Shown here: one piece after another, positions 7,242 to 16,815 of the stretch
How the letters are laid out: each line of letters starts with the position of its first letter
Numbering within the stretch: the stretch's first letter is position 1
Source of the DNA: Candidatus Brocadiia bacterium
Lineage (GTDB): Bacteria; Planctomycetota; Brocadiia; SM23-32
Reading direction: 5' to 3'
Length of the DNA stretch: 21,602 nt
Assembly: GCA_046538485.1 (NCBI GenBank)
Contig: JBKHIT010000070.1
Coordinates: 1 to 21,602, forward strand
Program-made: the position numbers and the translations under genes
The notes under the pieces: model-generated
Databases searched by the model: none
Seen by the model: only the letters and a program-made list of their open reading frames with translations
Told to the model about the DNA's origin: nothing

Positions 7242-8261
7242 ATGCAGGAACTTTCAGTCGACTTGATAGAAGAGTGCACGCGGGGCGCCATCGACGTCAC
7301 AAAAGAAGACGCCGGTATTGTTTTCCGGCGATTCCCGGAAAAGATCCATGATTACTACCATTCGCAGGCCGAAGGAACCGCCATTCGGGCCGATTGTGCG
7401 GCGGGAATCGTTATAGAATTCCAAACGGATGCCCAGAAGATCGAAATCGCTTGTGCTACGCCCGACGGGGCGCGCGCTTTCGGATACATTGATGCCTGTT
7501 GCGACGGCCAGTTCGTGGCCACGCTCGGCAATTCCACCTCCTGCGAAAGGATCAGCGGACAAATCGACCTGACCTTCGGCGATGACCATCAAAAATACGT
7601 TGAAATCTATCTGCCCCACTGCCGCATAACGATTTTGCAGTCATTGTCGGTATCCGATGGCAGGACTGTTGATCTAACCGATCCCAAACCCGTTATCCTC
7701 AGTCTCGGTGATTCGATAACTCAGGGGATGAACTGCCATCATCCGTCGCTGATCTACCCGGCCATATACAACCGGCTCTCCGGAACGCTGATGCACAACG
7801 GCGGCGTGGGGGGAGACATTTTCAATGTGGAAAGCCTCCGCGAGCGCCCGCTCGAGTCCCCTGCCCTCATTACGGTAGCCTATGGCATTAATGATTTTAA
7901 CGGTGGCGCAGATGCCTCACCCGCAGGTCCCTACCTCCGTCGTCTGCGTGATCTGTATCCGGACACTCCCATAGCTGTCCTGGAACCCACATGGGCCGAT
8001 CGAGAAGGTTTTGATGAAAATCCCGAGAAGAACGATGCCGGGATAACCCTGCCGGAGTACAGAGCCCAGCTCCGGGATATCGTGTCGGATTTCGACGATA
8101 TGCGCTGCTTGCCTTCGAACCAACTTCTGCCACCGGGCAACTTTTTCGTCCCCGACGGGATCCATCCCGACACCATTGGCCATCAGGTCATGGGACAGAA
8201 TGTGTACGGTTTAATAGGCCTCAAAAAACCGGGCACACGCGTCATTGGAAGTCCATCATAA
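7242..8261 (+). CDS. SGNH/GDSL hydrolase with N-terminal beta domain
   Basis: Block I GDSITQG, block II GVGG, block III YGIND and block V DGIHP. Confidence 0.88.
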   Translation: MQELSVDLIEECTRGAIDVTKEDAGIVFRRFPEKIHDYYHSQAEGTAIRADCAAGIVIEFQTDAQKIEIACATPDGARAFGYIDACCDGQFVATLGNSTSCERISGQIDLTFGDDHQKYVEIYLPHCRITILQSLSVSDGRTVDLTDPKPVILSLGDSITQGMNCHHPSLIYPAIYNRLSGTLMHNGGVGGDIFNVESLRERPLESPALITVAYGINDFNGGADASPAGPYLRRLRDLYPDTPIAVLEPTWADREGFDENPEKNDAGITLPEYRAQLRDIVSDFDDMRCLPSNQLLPPGNFFVPDGIHPDTIGHQVMGQNVYGLIGLKKPGTRVIGSPS

Positions 8262-8318
8262 GATGGGCGAGACCATCTCATCGTTCTCTTGCTCCAGCAG
8301 CAAGGTATCCGCGGAATC

Positions 8319-10949
8319 TTAATCCCCGTTCTTGTCCCGACCTCTGAGCTGCCTCGTCAGTTCATTCAGTTTCTGCAACGCCTCGAGCGGGGTCATGTCT
8401 TCCGGCTGCAGCTCAAGCAATTCATCGCGGACTTCGCTCTCCAACGAACCGAAAAGCGTCATCTGAACAGGTTTTGAGGCCGGCTTATCATCCTCGGACG
8501 GCGCAAAACGGGGTTTGTCGTCGGGACCGATGGCGTTTTTCTCCAAATGGTTCAGAATCGTTCGCGAACGTTCCACGACTTCTTCTGGCACCCCAGCAAT
8601 ATCCGCGACATGTATCCCGTAACTCTCGTCGCTATGGCCTTCGACAATACGGTGCAGGAAAACGACCTCGCCCTGCCATTCGCGCACGGCCACGTTGAGA
8701 TTCTCTATCCCCTCGAGCGTATTGGAAAGCTGCGCAAGTTCATGATAATGCGTCGCGAATAACGTCCGGGCACGCACTTTGTCGTGGATATGTTCGGCGG
8801 TCGCCCAGGCGATACTGACCCCATCAAAGGTGCTGGTTCCCCGCCCGACTTCATCAAGAATGATCAGACTTCTTTCGGTGGCGTTATTGAGAATGTTCGC
8901 CACCTCGATCATCTCAACCATAAAAGTACTCTGTCCCCGTCTCTGCTCGTCACTCGCACCGACGCGCGTGAATATCCTATCAGCAATTCCGACAGTGGCT
9001 TCCTTGGCCGGGATAAACGACCCCATCTGGGCCATCAGAACCAGCAGAGCCACCTGGCGAATGTAGACGCTTTTGCCGGCCATATTGGGACCGGTCACGA
9101 TCAATACCCGGGACGCCTCTTGCCCCATCGTAACGCCGTTCGGGACAAATTTTTCGACCATAATCTGCTCGAGGACTGGATGACGACCTTCTTCGATCGA
9201 AAGTTCGGTGCCGGTTGTGATCTCGGGGCGGACATAATTATTTTCCGCAGCCACGATTCCGAGCGACAACAGGACATCCAGTTGAGCAACGGCCGCGGCG
9301 GTTCTCTGAAGCCGTTCTGTGTAACTTTTCAACTCGTCCCGCACTTCGTTGAAAATCTCGTACTCCAGTTCCTCAGCGCGTTCAGAAGCCGTCAGAACCT
9401 TCGATTCCCACTCTTTCAGCTCAGGCGTGATATAACGTTCGGCGTTTTTGAGCGTTTGTTTCCGGGTGTAGTGCTCGGGAACTTTATCTTTGTGCGTGTT
9501 GGTAACTTCAATGTAGTAGCCGAAAACCTTGTTGAAACCTACTTTCAAGGAAGGGATCCCGGATCGTTCGGCTTCTTTCGACTCAAAATTCGCGATCCAT
9601 TCTTTTCCGTTCCGCGCGCTCTGGCGCAGTTCATCCAATTCGGCGCTGTAGCCATCGCAAATAATCCCACCTTCCGTCAATGTGGTTGGCGGATCGGGAT
9701 CGATGGCGCTGCCGATCAGACCTGAGGCTTCAGAAACCGGATCCAGTTGATCCTGCAGAGCCGCGAGTTTTTCGGCCGAGACGTCCTCCAGCATCTCCCG
9801 TAGCGGGGGCACCTCCTGGAGCGACCCCCTCAGCCCCACCAGATCCCGAGCGTTGGCCCGGGCCGTGGCCACTTTTGTGGTGAGTCGTTCGATATCGTAG
9901 ATATTTTTCAGGTGTTCGGAGAGTTTGTCTCGGAGACTGCTTTTGCGGCGGAGTTCATCAACTGCATCGAGGCGTTTCTCAATCGGCACCCTGTCTTTCA
10001 ACGGCGTCAAAATCCAGCGTCGCAGCAATCGCGCTCCCAGCGGTGTGATTGTCCGATCGAGGACATCGAGCAAAGTCCCCTCCTGGTCTGACCCACGCAT
10101 GGTTTCGACAAGCTCAAGGGATCTCTGGGTAGTACGATCAAGTATGAGGTACTCGGAGGAGCGGAATGCGGAGATGGCACGGATATGGCTGAGTTGCCCT
10201 CTCTGGGTTTCTTCCAGGTACCCGAGCACCGCTCCCGCGGCTCCGAGCGCCGGGCCGAGATTTTCGCATCCAAAGCCATCAAGGCTTGCCGTCCCAAAAT
10301 GCTCGTTCAGTCTCCGGCGTCCGTCCTCGCTTGAAAATTCCCACGGTGCTCGGCGTGTAATAAGACATTCCTCGCTGAGTTCTTCCCGAACCGGATGTGG
10401 TTCTTCATCGGGCGAATCCTGTTCGGGCAGAAGGCACTCGGCGGGATCAATCCGGCGGATAGCATCTGCCAGGGACTCTGCCGAGACATCTTCAGCTTCA
10501 AAACTTCCGGTCGAGAGGTCCACCCATGCCACACCGTATTGATCCTTGCCGCCGCTGACCGCAGCCAGAAAATTGTTAGCGCGGCGATCAAGCATATTCT
10601 CTTCAGTCAGTGTGCCGGCGGTCATAACGCGGGTGACATCGCGCTCGACCAGCCCCGCGGCTTCGGCGGGATCCTGTACCTGCTCACAAACCGCCACCCG
10701 GTGTCCGGCCTCAATCAGACGCTTCATATAGTTGTCAGCCGAATGGCACGGGAACCCGGCCATCGGGACGGCGTCCTCCCCTTTTTCGCGGCTTGTAAGG
10801 GCAAGTCCCAGCTCACGGGCGGCGGTTTTCGCATCATCGTAGAACAACTCGTAGAAATCCCCCATACGGAACAGCAGCAGGGAATCTTTATGCTGTTCCT
10901 TGAACGCCAGATACTGGCGCATCATCGGGGTAGAGCCTTTTTTTGCCAT
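8319..10949 (-). CDS. mutS: DNA mismatch repair protein MutS
   Basis: TPMMRQY, FRMGDFYELF, Walker A GPNMAGKS, STFMVEM, DEVGRGTST and FATHYHEL. C-terminal clamp-binding-like QMTLF; 876 aa. Confidence 0.99.
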   Translation of the reverse strand: MAKKGSTPMMRQYLAFKEQHKDSLLLFRMGDFYELFYDDAKTAARELGLALTSREKGEDAVPMAGFPCHSADNYMKRLIEAGHRVAVCEQVQDPAEAAGLVERDVTRVMTAGTLTEENMLDRRANNFLAAVSGGKDQYGVAWVDLSTGSFEAEDVSAESLADAIRRIDPAECLLPEQDSPDEEPHPVREELSEECLITRRAPWEFSSEDGRRRLNEHFGTASLDGFGCENLGPALGAAGAVLGYLEETQRGQLSHIRAISAFRSSEYLILDRTTQRSLELVETMRGSDQEGTLLDVLDRTITPLGARLLRRWILTPLKDRVPIEKRLDAVDELRRKSSLRDKLSEHLKNIYDIERLTTKVATARANARDLVGLRGSLQEVPPLREMLEDVSAEKLAALQDQLDPVSEASGLIGSAIDPDPPTTLTEGGIICDGYSAELDELRQSARNGKEWIANFESKEAERSGIPSLKVGFNKVFGYYIEVTNTHKDKVPEHYTRKQTLKNAERYITPELKEWESKVLTASERAEELEYEIFNEVRDELKSYTERLQRTAAAVAQLDVLLSLGIVAAENNYVRPEITTGTELSIEEGRHPVLEQIMVEKFVPNGVTMGQEASRVLIVTGPNMAGKSVYIRQVALLVLMAQMGSFIPAKEATVGIADRIFTRVGASDEQRRGQSTFMVEMIEVANILNNATERSLIILDEVGRGTSTFDGVSIAWATAEHIHDKVRARTLFATHYHELAQLSNTLEGIENLNVAVREWQGEVVFLHRIVEGHSDESYGIHVADIAGVPEEVVERSRTILNHLEKNAIGPDDKPRFAPSEDDKPASKPVQMTLFGSLESEVRDELLELQPEDMTPLEALQKLNELTRQLRGRDKNGD

Positions 10950-11001
10950 GCCGGTCCGGTGAGCGAAAGAAAACGAGGAAGGGTTCAGCGCCCGTTAAAA
11001 T

Positions 11002-11030
11002 ACCCTATCAACGAGCCCGCGTTTTGTCAA
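11002..11030 (-). promoter_or_regulatory. Putative sigma70 promoter for mutS
   Basis: Minus strand TTGACA-17 nt-TAGGGT; the -10 match is weak. Confidence 0.4.
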
Positions 11031-11092
11031 AAGGTAACGTGCCATGTCAGCAGTAAGCAGTCTGCAGCAAACGATTTTGCCAGGCAATCTCT

Positions 11093-11121
11093 TTGACAAG
11101 GACAGGTTTATAGCCTATATT
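11093..11121 (+). promoter_or_regulatory. Sigma70 promoter for rplM-rpsI
   Basis: TTGACA (11093-11098), 17-nt spacer, TATATT (11116-11121). Confidence 0.7.
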
Positions 11122-11195
11122 GTTTATTTCTTGGAAGAGGGGGTGTCCCTCGTTGGTCCATAGACGCCCATTCCATCTCTCGAAAAAATTAAGCT

Positions 11196-11636
11196 ATGAA
11201 AACGTACTTCGCCAAAAAAGAAGATTTCAAACCCGAAGACCGTCGATGGTACCATGTCGACGCCGAAGGCAAGGTCCTCGGCCGCATGGCGAGCGAAATT
11301 GCTGTGCGCCTTATGGGAAAAGATCGCCCTGAATACACGCCTCACGTCGATACGGGCGCCTACGTAGTTGTCACGAATGCCGGAAAAGTAAAACTAACCG
11401 GCAAGAAGCTGACCGATAAAATGTATGCGAGGTACTCTGGATATTCGGGCGGACGCAAAGAAATTTCCGCCGAGCAAATGCTCAAAGATCATCCTGAAGA
11501 TGTGATTCGGCTGGCGGTTAAACGAATGTTGCCGCGGACGAAACTCGGGCGCAAAATGCTGAAAAAACTCAAAATCTACACCGGTCCAGAACATCCCCAT
11601 ACCTATCATAAACCCGAACCACTCAATAGCGACTGA
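11196..11636 (+). CDS. rplM: 50S ribosomal protein L13
   Basis: [31 protein letters not shown] and [12 protein letters not shown]. Confidence 0.99.
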   Translation: MKTYFAKKEDFKPEDRRWYHVDAEGKVLGRMASEIAVRLMGKDRPEYTPHVDTGAYVVVTNAGKVKLTGKKLTDKMYARYSGYSGGRKEISAEQMLKDHPEDVIRLAVKRMLPRTKLGRKMLKKLKIYTGPEHPHTYHKPEPLNSD

Positions 11637-11684
11637 TAAATGGTCGATCCAGCGTAAAACCCAGAAAAAAGGATAAAAGTCTCG

Positions 11685-12077
11685 ATGGAAAACGAATACT
11701 GGTGGGGAACAGGAAGACGTAAAACCTCCGTGGCTCGCGTCCGTATTCGACCCGGCACTGGAGAAATTAAAATCAACGAACGCGATCTGAAAGATTACTT
11801 TCCCCGTCTCGCCCACAGAAAGCAGGTTACCAAACCCCTGGAAGTCACAGGCACCGAAGATCGCTACGATGTCTACGCCCGCACAAACGGTGGAGGGGTG
11901 ACGGGCCAAGCGGGGGCAATGAAACTGGGGATTTCCCGCGCACTTGTCAAAGCCGATAGCTCTTTTGAACAAGCCCTCAAAGACGAAGAACTCCTGACGC
12001 GCGATCCCCGAATGGTCGAAAGAAAGAAATACGGTCGACACAAAGCACGACGCGGCAAACAATCGAGCAAACGTTGA
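11685..12077 (+). CDS. rpsI: 30S ribosomal protein S9
   Basis: GTGRRKTSVARV, GGGVTGQAGA and LTRDPRMVERKKYG; follows rplM. Confidence 0.99.
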   Translation: MENEYWWGTGRRKTSVARVRIRPGTGEIKINERDLKDYFPRLAHRKQVTKPLEVTGTEDRYDVYARTNGGGVTGQAGAMKLGISRALVKADSSFEQALKDEELLTRDPRMVERKKYGRHKARRGKQSSKR

Positions 12078-12097
12078 TTGCCTGAATCTCCGACATG

Positions 12098-12133
12098 AAG
12101 CCCCGGCCCGAATCGGCCGGGGCTTTTTTCTTT
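12098..12133 (+). terminator. Rho-independent terminator after rpsI
   Basis: AAGCCCCGGCC-CGAATC-GGCCGGGGCTT stem followed by a T tract. Confidence 0.88.
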
Positions 12134-12316
12134 GGTTGCACATCGCCGGGGAAAGTATTGACCGGTAATTGCTATTGACAGTGCGGCCGGAAGTGACGGG
12201 AGGGACTTAAGGGACTTCTTGCAGGGAACGATTGCAAATTCCTGAGCACTGCCGGTGTTGCCCAAAAAAAGATTTGAAGGCCGGAAAACCGGAACAAAAC
12301 GCCACCTGTTGCCCGT

Positions 12317-13783
12317 TCAATCGCCCCAGAGCGGCGATGACCATGCCATATTCCCCTGCTCCGTCAACACGCGGACGTAACAAAATTCGTCCTGTCCAAG
12401 TTCTCCCGGATGGAGATTTGCCTCGACAATTCGGGGATCGTTATCGGGTTCAACAGTCTCGGGTTCTGCCCCTTTCAGAACAAGAGTAACACCCGCTATC
12501 CCTTCCTCCGAAGCAGCTCGGACCGAAAGGCCGCCGTGCCCATTGTTCGATTCCACATCCAGGTATATCCGGCTCTTGGTCGTGGCATAGGTGCTGTGCC
12601 GCTTGATGCTGTCGTAAATATTCTGACGGTTCAGCGCTGGGCAAACACATGCCGTAAAACCCTGATCGTAAATTCTGTAGCCCCGGTCCGGATAGCTTTC
12701 ATCGTGCAGCGCATCGCCGGGGCGCCCGTCATGGATATCACCGCCTCCAACGAATCCCAGACGGTACCCTCGTTTCAAAGCATCGACCACATGTCGTCCA
12801 TCCACTTCTCCACCAAGATTCTCGGGAGACATTGGCCTGGGGTTGCCGTTCCGGGCAGGTTTCTCGGAATTCCCCCAGACGGAATATACTTCGACGGCTT
12901 TCTCAAATTTTGGATTCCACCCCAAATCCCAGTCCACCCCCATGACTTTGTTCGCACTGTGATGGGGGATGGCCAGTGCTTCTCCTATATCTTCCAGGCA
13001 ATTCCACAGCTTCTCCAGCGTATTGCATTTTGGATCAGTACTGCGTAGAACCGGCCCGCTATCCCCGGGATAGTAGATATTGCGATGTCCCGGCGCTCCG
13101 TGATCCGGATCGTGATTTGTCCATTCCTGGCCGACAAGAGTCGCGAACCGTCCGGGCTGATTATAATCGTTCGTGACCGCCTTGAAATAATCCCATTGCC
13201 GGTCCGTGACAGCTTCCATGTGGTCGGCGATCGCCCCGAAGTCCAAAAAAGCTTCGTCGCGAGCAAAACAATAAAGCTCCTCCGGACACCGTATTCCATC
13301 GCTAAAAAACGTCTGCCAATGGGGATCCCCCCAGTAAATGCGCCACTCGGGCGGAGCTTCAGTCACGAAAACCGGATTCGTAGAGACACATAAGCCGCTT
13401 TCCGGATCGGTCAGTATTACAAAATGGAAACCGGGTGTCGTCCATTTGAAACCTTTGACGACCTTAATGGGACGCGAATCATTCTTGAAAACGCCCTGAT
13501 TGGTTCCGTCGAAGACGATTTGTTCCGGTCCTTCAAGCCCCTCCTCCCCATCGATCTCGAGGGTTCCTTGCCATTCGGGGAAACAGTTATCCATATACTG
13601 GATGTTGCGCTGGACATTCAGATTAAAAGGGCCCCGGAGTCCGGGTTTCCAATCGCGCCAGCCGCCGGAACTCTTAATCGGGTGCACCGGCCCCAGAACT
13701 TTGATTTTAAGCGGGAACTCTTCCCCAACCCCCACGCGGGAAGGAATCGTGCAAAGAATACCGGTCGGTTCATCGGACGCCAT
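12317..13783 (-). CDS. DUF3604/PHP-like metallohydrolase
   Basis: YWGDPHWQTFFSDG, DFGAIADH, GQEWT, GHRNIYY, AIPHH, VEVYSVWG, GGGDIHDGRPG and TYATT. Confidence 0.8.
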   Translation of the reverse strand: MASDEPTGILCTIPSRVGVGEEFPLKIKVLGPVHPIKSSGGWRDWKPGLRGPFNLNVQRNIQYMDNCFPEWQGTLEIDGEEGLEGPEQIVFDGTNQGVFKNDSRPIKVVKGFKWTTPGFHFVILTDPESGLCVSTNPVFVTEAPPEWRIYWGDPHWQTFFSDGIRCPEELYCFARDEAFLDFGAIADHMEAVTDRQWDYFKAVTNDYNQPGRFATLVGQEWTNHDPDHGAPGHRNIYYPGDSGPVLRSTDPKCNTLEKLWNCLEDIGEALAIPHHSANKVMGVDWDLGWNPKFEKAVEVYSVWGNSEKPARNGNPRPMSPENLGGEVDGRHVVDALKRGYRLGFVGGGDIHDGRPGDALHDESYPDRGYRIYDQGFTACVCPALNRQNIYDSIKRHSTYATTKSRIYLDVESNNGHGGLSVRAASEEGIAGVTLVLKGAEPETVEPDNDPRIVEANLHPGELGQDEFCYVRVLTEQGNMAWSSPLWGD

Positions 13784-13814
13784 CAGAAAATCTCCTTCAG
13801 CATTTCAACAACTA

Positions 13815-14567
13815 TCAGTCTTCAAACTCCGCCGCAAGCTCGGGAGGCAAATTGAAGTTCGAATGAACCTGGCTCACATCATCGTGGTCTTCAAGATCTC
13901 CCAGCAACGGCAAAATTTTGCGTCCTTCCTCAATGGTCAGATCTACGTAGGAAAGCGGTACTTCCGTAATCTCAGCTTTTTCGTAATCAATGGCGGCCTC
14001 TTCCAGGGCATTCACCACATTTTGGAAATCAGGCACGGGACATGTGAGTTCGTAGACTTCGCCCGCCTGCTGGAAATCCTCCGCCCCGGCCTCTACGGCC
14101 AGATCAAAGATGTCTTCTTCGGTATGTTCTTCGTCCGGTTCAAGGAGGACAAGTCCTTTTGTTTCGAACATCCATGAAACACAGCCCTGGGTCCCCAACT
14201 TTCCGCCGCGCTCATCGAAAATGTTGCGGATCTCGGCGCTGGTCCGGTTGCGGTTATCCGTAAGGACATCGACCATAACCGCGGCCCCACCGGCCCCGTA
14301 TCCCTCGTAACGAATTGCTTCAAGTTGCTGCCCTTCGAGTTCGCCGGCCCCCTTCAGGATTGCGCGCTCGATCGTGTCCTTGGGCATATTGGCTTCTTTC
14401 GCGTCCTCGATAGCGTACTGTAGCTCGAGGTTCATCTCGGGGTCTTTGCCAGCCCTGCGCACGGCCCCCATAATTTTCTTCGATATCTTGCTGAATATCT
14501 TACCCCGACGTCTATCTTCCCTCTTCTTTTTATGTTTTATACTCGACCAATGAGAATGTCCGGCCAT
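13815..14567 (-). CDS. yebC: YebC/PmpR (TACO1) family protein
   Basis: Starts MAGHSHWSSIKHKK at 14567 after AGGAGG; contains YEGYGAGG, TDNRNRT and LEDHDDVSQVHSN. Confidence 0.97.
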   Translation of the reverse strand: MAGHSHWSSIKHKKKREDRRRGKIFSKISKKIMGAVRRAGKDPEMNLELQYAIEDAKEANMPKDTIERAILKGAGELEGQQLEAIRYEGYGAGGAAVMVDVLTDNRNRTSAEIRNIFDERGGKLGTQGCVSWMFETKGLVLLEPDEEHTEEDIFDLAVEAGAEDFQQAGEVYELTCPVPDFQNVVNALEEAAIDYEKAEITEVPLSYVDLTIEEGRKILPLLGDLEDHDDVSQVHSNFNLPPELAAEFED

Positions 14568-14935
14568 TTTTGAAAAACCTCCTGTGCTGGAAAAAGTCAT
14601 TTTCACCCGGTACGAATCTTCACCAATAGACCATGGGCGGGGGTTTTTTCTTGTGGGCCGATTGACATTCAAGAGCCAGACCGTAGCTGCCGTCATGGAA
14701 CAAAACAGCGGAAGGCCCCGATACCGTATGATAATATTTCATATTCATAGGAACGCAATCCTGCAAGAATCAGAAGACAGTTATTATATGGTTATGCCAG
14801 CAACTGTGCCAGCTCAGTCGTCGGAAACAAAACAGTCAGAAGTTTGACACCAGCGTAAATAGCAAAGTAGCATCAGCGTCTGAGAATCTGGTTTGAAATC
14901 CTGACATAATTTCAAAGTGGCCCGAAAGCATAAAT

Positions 14936-15112
14936 ATGCCAGAAAATGAGAGACCTCTGAACGAATACGAAGGCAAGCGCGATTTCAGCAAAACCGCCGA
15001 ACCGAGCGGCGACGAAGTGGATTTCGATTGGGCTGATGAGCGACCGATCTTCGTCGTGCAAAAACACGACGCCTCCAATCTTCACTACGACTTCAGGTCG
15101 CTGGGGTCGTAA
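14936..15112 (+). pseudogene. Truncated LigD 3'-phosphoesterase (PE) domain gene, not in the ORF track
   Basis: My translation: MPENERPLNEYEGKRDFSKTAEPSGDEVDFDWADERPIFVVQKHDASNLHYDFR|SLGS*. The EY..KRDF.KT.EP and FVVQKHDA..LHYDFR motifs match the LigD PE N-terminus; the expected LE..GVLKSWAVPKG is absent. Confidence 0.88.
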
Positions 15113-15954
15113 ACGTAGAGTTTCGTACCCAGGGCCACAATCGAGTCCTCCCATACCAGAAGGGAGCTGTGCCGATTGCCGGGAAAGTTTTCCGCTTCGC
15201 TGTGCTCGAGGTTGTATCCAGTTTTGCGGTCCACCGCCTGCACAAGGGAGCTGAAACCGGCAGGGCCACCGTTGAAGTTTCTCTGGTGAAAGACCCGGTC
15301 CCCCAGCACGATGGGGCCACTGTTGCCGGGGGAAAAGTAGGAAATACTGCCCATCGGAGCCAGCAGTTTGCGCCACACCGTCTCTCCCGTCTCCGCCTCG
15401 ACCGCATAACCCTCCCAGTTAGCTCCGAAGTGCAAAATCCCTTCCCTGTCCAGAAAGGGTTCGCAGGCTATGGGTAGATTTTCCCGGTTGTTCCACCGCC
15501 AGATTACCGATCCGTCTTCGCAGTTAATACAGTACAGACTGCCTGCGGTAGTGCCGCAGTATCCGCGGCCATTCGATAGGAGCACTCCGCCACAAACGCC
15601 CGCGTCCACCTCGGTCCGCCAGCGCAGTTTCCCACTGGCAGCGTCAAGCCCGTTGACCGCACACTCGTCAGACCTCCCGGCCGTTTGGGTTCCGACGCAC
15701 AGTAATCCATCCGCACAGGTGGGAGCCCCGATCGAGAGAACTCCCGGCAGAAGATGCTCCCATGCACAGGATGGCGGGCTGTCGGTCAGCTCACGATTGG
15801 CGTTTAGGGTCCCAAACGGACCGCGCATATCAGGCCAATCGCTGGAGATTTTCGCAGCAACGTCCGGGCACGAAATCTGCTGCCGATCCGTCTCGGTCTC
15901 TTCCAACCTCGCCGGCTTAAAATCACAGAAAACGGCGCCGTCCTCACCGCACAC
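15085..15954 (-). pseudogene. Internal fragment of a PQQ-like/BamB-type beta-propeller repeat protein
   Basis: Repeated blade motifs GLDAASGKLRWR, LYCINCEDGSVIWRW, AVEAETGETVWR and AVDRKTG. No SD or signal peptide at the GTG start. It ends mid-blade inside the LigD remnant. Confidence 0.7.
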
Positions 15955-16059
15955 CGTTCAGGCAGTACCATCTTGAACTCACGCCTCATTGCCCCCAAAA
16001 TGAATCAATGGGGCATATACGCCCATGCATTCGGGAAAACCTGCCTTGGGAGGCGGACT

Positions 16060-16809
16060 GTGACAGCAAAAAAGGAACCGCAGTTTTGGGCCGGGACTTC
16101 CGGTTACCAGTACGATCACTGGTCCGGGGTTTTCTACCCCGAGGATTTACCGAAGGACAAATGGTTCGGCTATTTTGCGCAACATTTCGACACCGTGGAG
16201 ATCAACAATACGTTCTACCACCTGCCCGAAGAAAGCACTTTTGAATCCTGGCGCGAGCGAGCGCCGGAGGGATTTCTCTACGTTCTGAAATTCAGCCGGT
16301 ACGGAAGCCACATCAAACACCTGAAAAAACCATACGACTACGTCGATCTTTTCATGGAACGGGCCCGCCTGCTGAGAGATCACCTCGGCCCGATCCTCGT
16401 TCAGCTCCGCCCCAACTGGCACGTTAACCTCGACCGATTGGCGGGTTTTTTAGACGCACTTCCCCGTGATCAACGCTGGGCGATGGAATTCCGCGACCCG
16501 ACCTGGCTCTGCAAAGAAGTGTATGAGCTGCTGCGCGAGCACGAGGTCGCGCTTTGTATCCACGATATGATCCATAAAAAGATGAAAGACCATCCCCGGA
16601 TCATCACCGCCGATTGGGTTTACTTGCGGTTCCACGGCGCCGACACGTGGGGCGAGTATCCGTATCAGGCCCTGGTAGCCTCCGCTAAGAAAGTCAAAAA
16701 ACTGCTGGACGACGGTCTCGATGTCTACGCCTACTTCAACAACGACGCCCACGGTTATTCGATTGAAAACGCCCGGGACTTGCAACGCTACGTCGAGGAG
16801 GGCAATTAG
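16060..16809 (+). CDS. DUF72 (YecE-like) domain protein
   Basis: GTSGYQYDHW, FDTVEINNTFY, LGPILVQL, AMEFRDPTW, YLRFHG and YAYFNND. GTG start at 16060 after GGAGG. Confidence 0.92.
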   Translation: MTAKKEPQFWAGTSGYQYDHWSGVFYPEDLPKDKWFGYFAQHFDTVEINNTFYHLPEESTFESWRERAPEGFLYVLKFSRYGSHIKHLKKPYDYVDLFMERARLLRDHLGPILVQLRPNWHVNLDRLAGFLDALPRDQRWAMEFRDPTWLCKEVYELLREHEVALCIHDMIHKKMKDHPRIITADWVYLRFHGADTWGEYPYQALVASAKKVKKLLDDGLDVYAYFNNDAHGYSIENARDLQRYVEEGN

Positions 16810-16815
16810 CGGCCT

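Noticed and set aside
8784..11096. Long plus-strand ORFs (313, 205 and 233 aa) over mutS
   Set aside because: Antisense shadows of a highly conserved gene.
12215..12262. CAGGGAA...TGCAAATTCCTGAGCACTGCC resembles part of a cobalamin riboswitch
   Set aside because: It lacks the GCCACTG and B12-box elements and lies between convergent genes with nothing downstream to regulate.
14568..14696. N-terminal extension of YebC in the ORF track
   Set aside because: The conserved start MAGHSHW at 14567 has an AGGAGG SD, so the extension is likely spurious.
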